Positions 38,034-51,900 of a DNA stretch of 64,000 nt are shown in pieces. The stretch covers positions 21,640,001 to 21,704,000 of the forward strand of contig CM052816.1 of NCBI GenBank assembly GCA_028534125.1, in the 5' to 3' direction. Each line of letters starts with the position of its first letter. The first letter of the stretch is position 1. Source of the DNA: Lama glama. Taxonomy: Eukaryota. The notes under the pieces are model-generated. The model was not told the DNA's origin. It saw only the letters and a program-made list of their open reading frames with translations, and searched no databases. The position numbers and the translations under genes were made by a program.

Positions 38034-39380
38034 TCTTCCCCTCCTCCAGAACTCGACTTTTATTACCTAAAATATATTTATTTGCTCAATTCTAGTATAC
38101 AAATAAAGTAGTTTCAGAGTTGCAAACTCAAACTCCTTTGAGAAACATTTTACCAACTATACTGCAGTACAGTATTTGTATACAGTTCATTTTATCTTCA
38201 GCACTATAGAGTCCAGTCAAAATATTGTTTTCTAGAATTACTTCTGTCAGCTCCTTTCTTCTCAGTCTCTTTCAGTACAGTTACATCGTTCATTTGTAAT
38301 ATAGTTACTAAGTATATATACTCATAAATGTAAGTTTGACTAAGTTGTATTAATTTGTTTGTTGTCTGAATTTCATTTTCCTTCCCATATTCTGGTTGTT
38401 GTTTCTAAATTTTCATATGGTAAAATTTATTCTTTGTAGTGTACCATTCTGTGATCTTTGATAGATGTGTAGGGTCATGCCTTCACCACCATTCCATAGA
38501 ACAGTTCCATCACCCCAGCAATTCCCTGATCATTTCTCTTGAGAGTCAGCCATTCTTCCCAACATCGGCTATTGTTGGAAACCACTGATTTCTGTTTTCT
38601 ATCCCTATACCTTTGCCTTTTCCAGGGATTTGTATAAATGGAGTTGTACAGAATATACCCTTTTGAGTCTGGCTTCTTTTGCTTAGTGTAATGCATTTGG
38701 TATTCATCCATGTTGTATCAGGAGTTTGTTCCTTTTAATTAATCAGTAGTATTCCATTGTATGGCTGTACCACCATTTGTCTATTAATTCAATGATTGAA
38801 GGGTATATGATTTGTTTCCATTTTTTGGTGATTATGAACAAAACCATTATGTTAGTGTGTAGGTCTTTGTATGAACATTAGTTTTCATCTCTTAGATAAA
38901 TACCAATAAGCAGGATCGCTGAGTCATATTATTAATGTTGTATATTTATTTTAAAAACTGCCCAAACGGTTTTCCAAAATGATTTTGCATTTCTGTAAGC
39001 AACACATAAGAGTTCCAGTTATTCCACATCCTTTCTAGCACTTAATATTATCATTTTATTTAGGCCATGATAGGTGTGTAGTGGTCTCACCTTCCACTTT
39101 CTTGGTATTTAATAATACTGAATATTGTTACATGCTTATTGCCTTCTGTATATTTTCTTTGGTGAAATGTCTGCTCAACTCTTTTGCCTATTGAAAAAAT
39201 TAGGTTGTTTATTTTATTGAGTTTATAGAATTCTGTATATATTTTGGATAGAAATTTTTATTATATATGTATTTTACAAGTGTTTTTACCCAGTATATAC
39301 CTTGTCTGATTTATCATTTTATTATGGATCATGATTTTTGTGTTAGATTATCTAAGAAATTTTTGCCTAATCAAAGGTCA

Positions 39381-39460
39381 TGAAAAATTAGAGTGTTCAA
39401 AGCAGGCCTGAGCTGCCTGGATACCACAGTTAGAAATAATGGAATGCATTTACTTTGAAA
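39381..39460 (+). pseudogene. Short 18S rRNA-derived insertion, circularly permuted
   Basis: tgaaaaattagagtgttcaaagcaggcctgagctgcctggataccacagttagaaataatggaat matches mammalian 18S rRNA; followed by gcatttactttgaaa, which precedes it in 18S; flanked by the direct repeat aaaggtca. Confidence 0.88.
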
Positions 39461-39927
39461 GGTCACAAGATACCCCATGTATTTCCCCCTAGAAATCTTA
39501 TGATGTTAGATGTTACATTGATGTCTATGATATATTTGGATCCAGTTTTATATATAGTGTTAGGTAAGGATTGAGGCTTTTTTTTTCTTATCGATTACCA
39601 ATTTTTCCAGTGTCATTTATTGAAAAGACTTATTTGTCCACTAATTTGCCTTTAAAACTTTATTGAAATAAATTAATTACAGATATATAGGTCTATTTCT
39701 GGTCTCTCTATTTCTTTCCATTGATCTGTATGTTTTTACTTTTCACTTATACCACAGTGTCATGATTAGCTTTATAGTAAATCTTTGGAATCAGGTAATG
39801 TGGAGTGTCCAACTTTGTTCTGTTTTGTCAAAATTGTCTCAGCTAGCTTAGTTGTTTCATTTTGTTTTGTTTTCCATATAAAGAGAACCAGCTTGTTGAT
39901 TTCTATAAATGAAATTGTGATGAGACT

Positions 39928-39952
39928 TTGTGTATGTGTGTGTGTGTGTGTG
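39928..39952. repeat. (TG)n microsatellite
   Basis: tgtgtatgtgtgtgtgtgtgtgtg. Confidence 0.9.
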
Positions 39953-40324
39953 GTAAAATATACATGATGTTTACCATTTTGACCTTTTAAAAAATGTACA
40001 ATTCACTGACATTCAGTATTTTCATAATGTTGTGCAGCCACCATCATTATCTATTTTCAGAACATTTTTATCAATCCAGAAGGAAACCTTGTGCTCATTA
40101 AGCAGTCACTCCTCATTTACCCTTCCTTCTAGCTCCTGGCAACTACTAATCTGCCTTCTGTCTCTGGGTTTGCCTGTTCTGGAAAGTTCACATACATAGT
40201 GTAATACAGTGTGTACTTTTTGTGTGTGGCTTCTTTCACTTAACATAATGTTTTCAAAATGCATCCATATTGTAGTATGTGTAAGCATTCCATTCCCTTT
40301 TTGGCTGAATAATATATAATTGTA

Positions 40325-40795
40325 TGATATAGTGGATTGTATAGTGGCTCTCCAAAAAAGATAAGTCATGTCTTAACCCCCAGAACCTGTGAATGTGACC
40401 TTCTTTGGAAAAAGAGTCTTTGCAAATATAATTAAACTGAGAGTCTCAAGATGAGAACATCCTAGATTATCCAGTGAGTCCTAAATCCAATGACAAGTGT
40501 CCTTATAAGAGACAGAAGAGAATAAGATACAACAAAGGACAAGACCATGTAAAGACAGAGGCAGAGATTGGAATGATGAAGACAATGAAGCCCAGGGGTG
40601 CCTGAAGCCACCAGAAGCTAGAAGAGGCAAGGACGGATTCTCCCCTAGAGCCTTTGGAGGATATGCTGTCTGCTGACACCTTGGTTTTAGATGGCAAGCT
40701 TCCAGGATTGTGAGAGAATAAATTTCTGTTATTTTAAGCTACCCATTTTATGATCATTTGTTATGAAAACACATATGTATTAGGAAGCTAATACT
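40325..40795 (+). mobile_element. MaLR LTR (MLT1C-like) nested in L1
   Basis: cccagaacctgtgaatgtgaccttctttggaaaaagagtctttgca...ccaccagaagctagaagaggcaagg...gagaataaatttctgttattttaagc. Confidence 0.85.
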
Positions 40796-42422
40796 TATGA
40801 ATATGTCACATTTTATTTATCCATTCATGAGTTGATGGACTCCTGGATTGTTCTTACTGTTTTACTTTTGTGAATAGGGCTGTTACGAACATTTGTGTGC
40901 AAGGTTTTGTTTAAACATCTATTTTTAATTCTTTGATTATATACCCAGGAGTGGAATTGATGAGTCAAGTGGTGAATCTATGTTTAACTTATTTAGTAAC
41001 ACCAAACTATTTTTTATAATAGCAGTCACATTTTATGTTCCAATTTATCCACATTCTTGCTAACATTTGTCATTTTCCTTTTTAAAAATATATATAGCCT
41101 TCCTAGTGGTTATGAAGTGGTATCTTGTGGTTTTGATTTGTATTTCAATAATGAGTAATGGTGTTGAACATCTTCTCATGTGTTTGTTGGCCATTTGTGT
41201 ATCTTTTAGAGACATGTCTATTCAAATCCTTTGCCCATTTTTAAATTGGGTTGTCTTTTTACTGTTGAGTTGTTAAAGTTCTTTATGTATGCTGCATACT
41301 AGACCCATACCAGGTAATATGATTTGCTTTCTCCCATTCTGTGGGTTGTCTTTTCTTTCTTGATGGTGTCCTTTGAAGCACAAAAGCTTTTAAATTTTGA
41401 TGAAGTCCATTTTATTTACTTTTTCCTTTGGTTGCTTATACTGTAGGTATTATACCTAAGAAATCATTGCCAAATCCAAAGTCATGAAGACTGACTTCAG
41501 TGTTTTCTTTTAAAAGAGTTTTATGGTTTTAGCTCTTATGTTTAGGTCTTTGATCCATCTTGAGTAAATTTTGTATATAAGGTAAGGGTTCAACTTTATT
41601 CTTTTGCATTCAGATACCTAATTATCCTAGCACTATTTGTTGAAAAGACTTCTTTCTGCACTAAATCATCTTGGCACTCTTGTCAAAAATCAATTGACCA
41701 CAGATGTGTAGATTCATTTCTGGACTGTCAGTTCTATTCCATTGATGTATCTATCCTTATACTGTTACCACACTGCTTTCATAGTAAGTTGCTTTGTAGT
41801 AAGTTTTGAAATCAACAAAAGTGAGTTCTTCAACTCATTTTGAATATTATTTTGACTATATGTGTTACCTTGAAATTCCATATGAGTTTTAGGATTGGGT
41901 GTTCAACTTATGCAAAAAAAAAGGCCATTGTGATTTTGATTGGGATTGAACTAACTCTGTAGATCTCTTTGGGTAGCATTGCTGTCTTAATATTGTCTTC
42001 CAGTCTATGAACATGGGGTGTCTTTCAGCTTATTTATGTCTTCTTCAATTTCTTTCAGCATTGTTTTATAGTTTTCAGTATGTAGATCTGGCACATCTGT
42101 GATTAAACTCATTCTTTTTGATTCTATTTTAAATTGCATTGTTTCCTTAATTTTCTTTCAGATGTTCATTGCTAATGTATAGAAATACAACTAATTTATG
42201 TGTGTGCTTGGATTTTGATTGGGATTGTGTCAAGTCTATAGATCAACTGAGGGAGAATTATCATCTTAACAATATTGAGCCTTATAATTCATGAACATAG
42301 TCTCCATTATTTAGATCTTCTTTGATTTTTTATCAGATTTTTATTTGTTATTGTAGTTTTCAGCCTACAGAACCTACACGTTTTGTTACATTTATGCCTA
42401 AATAGCTCATGTTTTTGTGCTG

Positions 42423-43200
42423 TTTTTTTTAATTGAAGTACAATCAGTTGCAATGTGTCAGTTTCTGGTGTACAGCACAATATTCCAGTCACATTGTCCC
42501 ATATACACATATGTTCATTTTCATATTCTTTTTCATTAAAGGTTATTACAAGATGCTGAACATAATTCCATGTGCTATACAGAAGAAATCTGCTTTTATC
42601 TATTTTTATATATAATGGCTAACATTGGCAAATCTCAAATCTCAGATTTATCCCTTCCCACTCCCTTCCCCTGGTAACCATAAGATCATTTACTATGTCT
42701 GCAAGTTTGTTTCCATTTTGTAGATGAGTCATAGCGTCCTTTTGTTTGTTTGTTTGTTTCAGATCCACATATGAGTGATATCATATGGTATTTTTCTTTC
42801 TCCTTCTGGCTTACTTCACTCAGATGACGATCTCTAGGTACATCCATGTTGCTGCAAATGGCATTATTTTATTCTTTTCTTTGGCTAAGTAGTATTCCAT
42901 TGTATAAATATACCACAACTTCTTAATCCAGTCATCTGTCAATGGACATTTAGGTTGGTTCCATGTCTTGGCTATTGTAAATAGTGCTGCTGTGAACATC
43001 GGGGTGTTTGTACCTTTTCAAATGTGGAGTTTTCTTGGATATATGCCCAGGAATGGGATTGCTGGATCATATGCTAAGTCTGTTTTTAGTTTTTGGAGGA
43101 ATCTCCATACTGTTTTCCATAATGGCTACACCAAACTACACTCCCATCAACAGTATAGGAGGGTTCCCTTTTCTCCATACCCCATCCAGCATTTATCTTT
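42423..43200 (-). mobile_element. Younger 5'-truncated L1 3' end nested in older L1
   Basis: Poly-T head; close similarity to 22600-23050 (gttgctgcaaatggcattattttattc). Confidence 0.85.
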
Positions 43201-46200
43201 TTCTGTTGTTATGAATGGTACTCTTTAGAATTTCATTTTCCAGTTATTCCTTGATAATATACAGAAATACAATTGATTTTTTATTTCAACTTTTTATCCT
43301 GTGATCTTGCTTAACTATTAGTTCATTCTAGTAGCTGTGTTAAAATTTCTTCAGAATTTTATATGTAGACAAACATGTCTGCAGATGGAGACAGTTTTAT
43401 TTCTTCATTTCTAATCTGTAGGCTTTTAGTTTCATTTTCTTACCTTATTGCACTGGCTAGGACCTAGAGTATGATAGTGAATAGGCATGGTGAGGACAGA
43501 TCTCTTTGTCTCATTTTCAATCTTAGGGAGAAGCATTCAGTTTTTTACTGTTAAATATAAGCTAAAGGTTTTATATAGATGATTTTTGTCAGGTTATGAA
43601 TATTTCTTTCTCTTCCTAGTTTGCTGAGAATACCATGAATGGAGGTTGTATTTGTCAAATGCTTTTTCTTTAACTACTGATGTAATCAGTCCTATGAGAT
43701 TTTTCTTCTTTAGTCTGCTGATGTTATGAATTACATTAAATGTTGAACTCACCTTGCATTCCTGGGATAAACGCCACTTAGTCATAATGTTGTCCATTTG
43801 CTATATTGATGGATTCCTTTTTCTAATATTTTGTTAAAGGTTTTTGAGTCAAAGTTCAAGAAGAATGTTGGTCTGTAGTTTTCTTTTCCTATAATCTTTT
43901 TCTCTGTTTTTTATCACGGTAACTCTGATCTCATAAAATGAGTTGGAAAGTGTTTTCTTCTTTTGTCCAGAAAAGTTTGTGTAGAATTGCTAGTTATTTC
44001 TTCATTAAGTGTTTGGTAGAACCTACTAATGAACCCATTTGTGCCCAGAGTTTTCTTTGTTGGAATATACCTTAATAAGTGTAGGATTATTCAGATTATT
44101 TATTTCTTCTTGAGTGAGATTTTGGTAGTTTATATCTTTTAAGAAATTTTTCCATTTTATCCAAGTTGAATTTATTAATATCAAAGTGGCCTATAGTGAT
44201 AGCCCTTCTTTCATCCTTGATATAGGTAATTTGTTTCTTCTTTTTTTCAATATCAGTCTGACTAGAAGTTTGTATATTATTGATCTTTTTCAAGAATTAA
44301 CTTGGTTTCATGGATTTTCTCTGTTGTTTGTGTTTCCAGTTTCATTGATTTCTGCCTTTACCAAGTAATACCCTTCCTTCTGTTTGCTTTGCATTTAATT
44401 TTCTCTTTTTCTGTACTCTTGTGGTAGTAGGTTAGGTTATTGACTCAAAACTTTTCTTCTGATATAAGCATTTAATGATAAACATTTTCTTACAATCACT
44501 GCTTTGGCTTTATCATGCAAAAATTTTAATAAGACTTTTTATATTGGGATAATTTTAGATTTATAGAGCAGTTGCAAAGATAGTACATAGAATTACTCTG
44601 TATGTATTTCACCCAGTTTCCCCTAATGTGAACAACTTACACAACTAAGAAATTAATATTGGTATATTACTATTAACCTAAGATTCAGACTTTATTCAGA
44701 TTTTACCAACTTTTATACTAATGTCCTTTTTCTCTTCCTGGACCCAATCCAGGGTACCACAGTGCATTTGGTCACCATGTCTTCATTGATTCTTTCCTTT
44801 TTTCAATAGCATTAACAATTTTAAAGAGTGCTGGCCAGATATTTCATAGAAAGCCATCAACTTAAGTTTGTCTGTTTTCTTATGATTAGACTGACATAAC
44901 GAGTTTTGGAACAGAATGTGCCCTTCTTGCATCATTTTAGAGGCACATGACATCAACATGACTTATTACTGGTGACATACCTTGATCACTTGGTCAAAGT
45001 CATCACATAAATTTTGTGATGTGTTTCCATCTGAATTCAATTAAAAATATTTTCTAATGTACTTATGACCTCCACTTTGACTCATGAGTTATTTAGAAGC
45101 ATATTGCTTAATTACCAAATGTTTGGGGATTTTCCACATATGTTTCTACTTTTTACTTTTAACTCTATTCTGTGCTGATTAAGGGAAATATTGTATGATT
45201 TTGATTTTAAATTTGTTGTGGATTGTTGTATGGCAAAGAATTATGGTACACTTGGTGAATACTTCATGTGCACCTGAAAAGAATGTGTATTTTGTTGTTG
45301 GGCTGAGTGTACTATAAACATCAATTAGGTTAAGTTGGTTGATAGCATTCTTTAGATTTTCTATATCCTTACTTATTTTCTATTTGTTACATCAATTACT
45401 GAGGAGTGTTGAAGTCTAACTATGATTGTGGGTCATGTCTGTTTCTACTCAGTTCTGTCAGTTTTTGCTTCATGTGTTTTGAAACTCTTTGTTTGATGTA
45501 TACACAATTAAGATTGTCTTCTTGGTTAATTTACCCCTTTATCATTATATAATGCCTTCTTACACCTGATAATATTTCTTGTTCTGATGTCTATTTTGTC
45601 TGATATTAATATAGCCACTCCAGCTGCCTTTTGATTTGTGTTTTAGTAGCGTATCATTTCCCATCATTTTACTTCTTAAAAATTGATAGTTAATTTTTAG
45701 ATAAATTTTAGGTTTACAGGAAAACTGAGCAGAAGGTATAGTCTTCCCATTTTCCTCCTTTCCCTCCACACAGTTTCTTCTATTATAAACATCATGCCTT
45801 AGTGTGATGCATTTGTTACACTTTATAAGCAAATATTGATACATTATTATTAACTAATGTCCATAGTTTACAATAGGATTCACTCTTTGTCTTATACTGT
45901 TTTGTGGTTTTTGACAAATACCATATATTTTACAAATACCAAATACATGATGATATGTATCCACCATTCCTACATCACAGTGAGTAACAGCCCTAACCTA
46001 ATAATGCCATGTGCTCGACCTATTTATTCATTTCTCCCCACTCCTTGAACTCTTGGCCATCATTGATCTTTTTACTATCTCTATAATTTTGCCTTTTCCA
46101 GAATGTCATATAGTTGGAGTCATACATTATGTAGCCTTTTCATATTTATTTCTTTCACTTAGCAATATGCATTTGACATTCGTCCATGTCTTTTCATGGC

Positions 46201-47529
46201 TTAATGGTTCATTTCTTTGTATTGATGAATAATATTTTACTATGTGGATGTACCACTTTGTTTATTCACCTATTTCAAGACATCTTGGTTGCTTTCAGGT
46301 TTTGACAATTTTGAATAAAGCTGCTATCCACATTTGTGTGCAGGTTTTTGTGTGGACATTAAGTGTTCAGCTCATCTGGGTAAATACCAAGGAGCACAAT
46401 TTCTGGGTCATATGGGAAAACTATGTTTAGCTTTGTAAGAAGCTGCCAAACTATCTTCCCAAGTGACTGTTCCATTTTTTATTCTTGCCAACAATAAATA
46501 AGAGATCCCCTTGTTCCATGTTCTCACTAGCATTTAGTGGTGTTGGTGGCTTGGTTTTTCAGCATTCTGTTAGGTATGTAGTAGTATCTTATTGTTTTAA
46601 TTGCAGTTCCCTAATGACACATGATGTTAGCATCTTTTCATGCTAACTTCCCTTCTGTATATCTTCCTTGATGAGGTGTCTGTTCACATACTTTGCCCAT
46701 TTTTAATTGGGTTGTTTGTTTCCTTATTGTTGAGTTTTAAGAGTGTATGTTTTGGATAACAGTTCTTTGTCACGTATGTATTTTACAAATATTTTCTTCC
46801 AGTCTTAGGCTTGTTTTTCATTCTTTTGATATCATTTTACTTTTAACCTATCTTTAATTTTAAAGTAGGTTTATTATATTATTATAGCATGTAATTGTCT
46901 TGCTTTTTCATCCAATTTAACAATCTCTATCTTTTAATTTCTGTGTTTAGACAAGTTATATTTAATATAATTATGATATAGTCAGATTAAAATTGATCAT
47001 TTTTTTAGTTGACTTCTGTTTGTTTGATCTGTACATTGTTCCTTTTTTCCTATTTTTCTGCCTGCTTATGGATTGACTATTTTTTATCAATTCTGTTTTA
47101 TCTCTGTTGTTCACTTATTACTATTATTTGCACCACTTTTTAACAAATTTTAGTGGTCCAAGAGTTTATAGTATACTTGAGTTAGCTAAAATCATTCTTT
47201 GAATAATATTATACTACTTCATGCATGGTTTAAGAAACTTACAGTAATATTCCCAGTTTCTTCTTTCCAAGTTTGTGCTAAGTTGTCATACATTTTACTT
47301 TATCATATGCTATAATTCCATAACACTTTGCTATTATTTTTACTTTAGACATTCAGTTATCTTTTAGGAGATTAAAAATATGAAAAATATATTTTGTGTT
47401 TACATTTATTTATCCTTCTCCAGACATCTTTATTTATCCTTCCCCAGACACCTTTATTTCTTTGTGTAGATCTAAGGTTTTCAGGGTAGGACTGTGGGTA
47501 TCAACTTTTATTTATCTGAAAAAATATTT

Positions 47530-50065
47530 CATACCTCTCATTTCCTGTCTGGCCTATAAGGAACTTAGAAGTTGCCATTGCATCCTAACAACAACAAAAA
47601 GATGAACACACTAAAAAATCAACAACTCTGCTTAGACCTATCAGAGAAGTGAGGTCACAGAGCAAACCTCTGCCCCATAAATTGGAGCAACAGACAGCAG
47701 ATAGAATCACAACTTACTAGAGCAGAAATCCACCTCCATGAGAGTGAGTATTGGGATAGAAAAACCTGAACTGTGATTAAGTTCCTGGAGGCTCTATGAA
47801 TAAGCTTGAGAGATTGAAAAAAAAAAAACAAAAAACAAAAAACTCCAGGAGCATCCTAGTAATAAGAAGGCTCTCACACTTCTGTGAGAACTTTCCCAAG
47901 TACTCACAATGAAGATCACAGGAAAATCCTCTCATGCTTCTAGCATGGGAAGGGAAAAGGAACCATTTTGAATTATACCAGATCATTCTGCTCTCCCTAA
48001 CAAGGCCTTCTCTCTGGAGAAACTATTTTACCAGAGCTGGGGTTTTATTAGAGCCTAAACAACCTGAGGGAAAGGAAATACCCAACTCCAGCTCACTTCA
48101 GCCTTCCATGTCAGGGAAGGGAAGTACCAACTGTAGCCCATTCTACCCATCCTCTTCCACCTAAGGGGGAAAAACTTAGAAGCACATCCCAGAGGCACAA
48201 GCTCACCAAAAGACCGAGATGTAATCATGGGTCTGTAACATGCTTCAACTCTCTCCACACCTTACCACTACAATACTAAAGCCTACTCACCAAGTTCCTT
48301 TTATCCAATACATCACATTCTCCTTTCAACAAAAGACTATAAAGCATACTAGAAGGAGGGAAAAAAAACAATTTGAAGAGACACAGCAAGCATCAGAACC
48401 AGACTAGATATGGTAGGGATGTTGGGATTATCAGACCATAAATTTAAAACAATTGTGATTAATAGGCAAAGGGCTCTAACAGAAGAAGTGAAAAATATAT
48501 AAGAACAGATGGGTAATATAAGCAGAGAGATTGAAACTCTAAGAAAGAAAAAATGCTAGAAGTGAAAATTAGTATAACAAAAATGAAGAATACCTTTGAT
48601 AGTCTCATCAGGATATGGGATGCAGACAAGCAAAGAGAGTGAGCTTGATAATACGTGAATAGAAACTTCACAAAATGAAAAGCAAAGAGAAAAAAATTTT
48701 TTAAGTAATGGAATATCCAGGAGCTGTGGGACTATCACAAAAGTTGTAAAAAACGCATAATCAGAGTTCCAGAAGAAGGAAGAAAGGAGCAGAAGAAATA
48801 TATGAAGCATTAGTGACTGAGAACTTCCTTAAGTTAATGTCAGACACCAAATTCAGGAAGCTCAGAGAAAGATGAGCATGATAAATAACCAAAAAACAAA
48901 CAAAAAAAGTCTACACCTAGGCATATTGTATTCAAACTGCAGAAAATCAAAGATAAAGAAAAAATCTTGAAAGAAACCAAAATCAAAAAATAATGGTGGG
49001 AAGTGGTATAATGTTATTTGAAAGTAGACTTGGATTAGTTATAAATTTATTTTGCAAACTTTAGGGCAACCACTAAAAAAGTTTTTTTTAAAGAAGTAGT
49101 GTATCAATTATACCTCAATAAAGCTGTAAAAAAAAGTTTAATTTATATGCTAAGAAAAGAAAGAAAATGGACTTCTATAAAATTAAATTAATTAAAACCA
49201 CAAGAGGCAGAAGAGAGTAGAAGACAAAAACAGGAACAAAGAACAAGGGCAACAAACTAAAAATGGTAACAAATACAATAGCTATTAATCAAAGTATATC
49301 AGTAATGACTACAGTCACTTTGGAGGACAATTTGGCAGTTCTTACAAAACTAAACATAGTTTTACCATATCATCCAGCAATCACAGCCCTTGTTATTTAC
49401 CCAAATGAGTTAAAACATATTCGCACAAAAATGGCACAAAAATGTTTATAGCAAATTTATTCATAATTGCCCAAACTTGGAAGCAACCAAGATGTCCTTC
49501 GGTAGGTGAACTGGTGAACTGTTGTACATCTAGACAATGGACTGTTACTCAGGGCCAGAAAGAAATGAGCTGTCAAGCCATGAAAAGACATGGAGGTATT
49601 TTGAGTACATATTGCTAAAGAAGTCAATTTTGAAAAGACTACATAATGTATGATTGCAACTACATGAAATTCTGGGAAAGTCAAAACTTAAGGAGACTAT
49701 GAAGATTAGTGGTTGCCAGGGGTTGGAAGGAAGGAGGGGTAAATAGGCAAAGCACAGTGGGGTTTTAGGGCAGTGAAACTATTCAGTATGATACTGCAAT
49801 GGTGGATACATGTCATTAAATATTTGTGTAAACCCATAAAGTGTACAACACCAAAGTGAACCCTAATGTAAACTATGGACTTGAGGTGATAATGATGTGT
49901 CAATTTTGGTTCATCAATTTTTGCACATGTACCACTGTGGTGCAAGATGTCAGAAGCGTGAGAGATTGTGCATGTATAAGGGCAGGGGGTAACTAGGAAC
50001 TCTCTGTACTTTCTGTTCAGTTTTCCTGTGAACCTAAAACTGGTCTAAAAAAATAAAGTCTATTT
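47530..50065 (+). mobile_element. Old L1 on the + strand: 5' region and ORF1 remnants joined to an L1MC-like 3' end
   Basis: A-rich + strand; acacctaggcatattgtattcaaactgcagaaaatcaaagataaaga (ORF1); ends gtgaacctaaaactggtctaaaaaaataaagt. Confidence 0.8.
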
Positions 50066-50099
50066 TTTTGAAAGCTTTTTTTTTTCTTTCAGTTTGTAA

Positions 50100-51900
50100 G
50101 ATTGTTTCTGTTGAATTCTGGTTGACCACTTTTTTTCTTTCAACACTCTGAAGATCTCACTCCATTGTTTCCTGGATTACATAGTTTATGAATATATCTG
50201 TTACAAGTTTTATCTTTGTTTCTCTGTGTGTATTGTTTCTTTTTTCTCTTGCTGCCTTCAAAATTTTTCTTTGTCATTGATTTTAAATGTAACTTTTTTA
50301 GGAGGGTGGTATTTGTGATTTCTGAGCTTCTTATATTTGTAATTTATATTTTTCATTATTTTCTGAAAATTCTTGCTATCTTTAAATGCCTTTTTCTTTT
50401 ATTATATTTCTCCCTTCTGGGATTCTGATTACATGAATATTAGACCACGTGATATTGTCTCACAGCTCCTGGATACTCTATTCTGTTTTTTTTTTAATAC
50501 CCCTTTTCCTTTTATGTTTCAGTTTGAGTCATTTATAATGCCCTATCTTCAAGTTCCGTTGATTCTTTCCTTTGCTGTTTTGAGTCCACAATGAGCCTGT
50601 CAAAGGCATTCTTTGGCTCTCTTATTGTATTTTTTATCTCTAGAATTTCCATTTGACTTTTTCTTATGATTCCATATTTCTTCTGGGATTCTTTATCTGT
50701 TCATATACATCATCCATTTCTTTTACTCAAGGCTTTATCTTATTTATCATAGATTTAAATTCCTTGTCAGTTTATTCCAGCATTTGGGTTTTTCCTGATT
50801 CTATTTCACAAAATTACTTTGTCTCTTAACAGTGTTTTATTTTCTTGCTTTTTTGTGTCTTATAATTTTTATTGCATACTTGTATGTAATATAATGTCTA
50901 ATATCATCATGTAAATATGAATTTTTTCTGGACGTGTGCACAATTCTTCTTTTCCTAAGCCATTAGTGTGGGGAGTTGAGTCAGTTTAGTTATTATGTAA
51001 CCTAGGCTAGAGATTATTTTTGGTTTCTATATTTGACTTCAGTGTACCTTCAGCTTCAAAAATTTTTGCTTAAGTAGGGGCTAAGTTTCCAGAAGTTTTT
51101 GTTTTTAAGTATTCCTGCTTCACCTGCAGCTTTGAGACTTCCCAGAAGACCTCAGAAGGATTTTCTGGATGCACTCTTGCTCATCACCAGCAAGATCTAT
51201 TCTTCTATTCTTCTATCTATTCTTCTGTCTAATCTTCTGTTGCTTGGTACTTATGCTTGCTAGCCTGCTGGTGAGGACCAGCGGGGATCCTGTGTTGTCC
51301 TGGTCCAGCCTCAATTATAGGCAGTTTGCAAACTCTGTTTCCCTGCGGGAGGGTCAGGAAATGATATGGCCCCAGATCATTAAAAATCTTTACCATTGTG
51401 GGCGTCGCATAATACTCTCTTCTGCCCAAGACCCACCAAAGATACAAGGAAGACTTTTGAATATTGTGGAAAGGAAAGTCAGCATCACCGAGAAAGCCCC
51501 ATGAACAGGAATAGTCTTTCTGATGAGTACCCAGTGAAGGTCTGTGGAGAAGAGATGTGAGAGGTGTGAATTTCCCTTATGTCTGTGACTCCTAGCAGTC
51601 CCATGCTCTCGCATAGCCTATACTTTGCCTTTAGCAATTTGTTTAAAATTTTTATGTGAATTCTTGTTATCTGCTTCTTTGGTGCCCACTGTTTCTTCCT
51701 TTTGTATTCTGCTGCGGGTGCTCCCTTCCATCTCTAAGTGTTGGCACCTGTTTTGCCTTAGATTTTTGGCTTTTTGATTGCTCTATGACCTCAGATCCCT
51801 GATGGGTTCAGGAAACGTTGCAGTTTTGTAGTTTATCCGGCTATTGTTGTTATTAGGGTATGAGTAATACTCTTCCCAGCTTTCTGCATCCCGGAATTAT
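50100..51900 (-). mobile_element. Old L1 ORF1/5' region fragments
   Basis: T-rich + strand; inverse similarity to 48500-48800 (tcacagctcctggatact, aaggcattctt). Confidence 0.65.

Larger units (their letters stand above)
38040..47500 (-). mobile_element. Mosaic of nested old L1 fragments (L1MB/MC/MD-like)
   Basis: Repeated antisense L1 3'UTR and ORF2 phrases; ORF peptides such as KFNLDKMEKFLKRYKLPK and WMHFENIMLSERSHTQK. Confidence 0.85.

Noticed and set aside
37355..38111. The two longest ORFs (246 and 214 aa)
   Set aside because: Artefacts of translating through the 500-N gap from an L1 3'UTR
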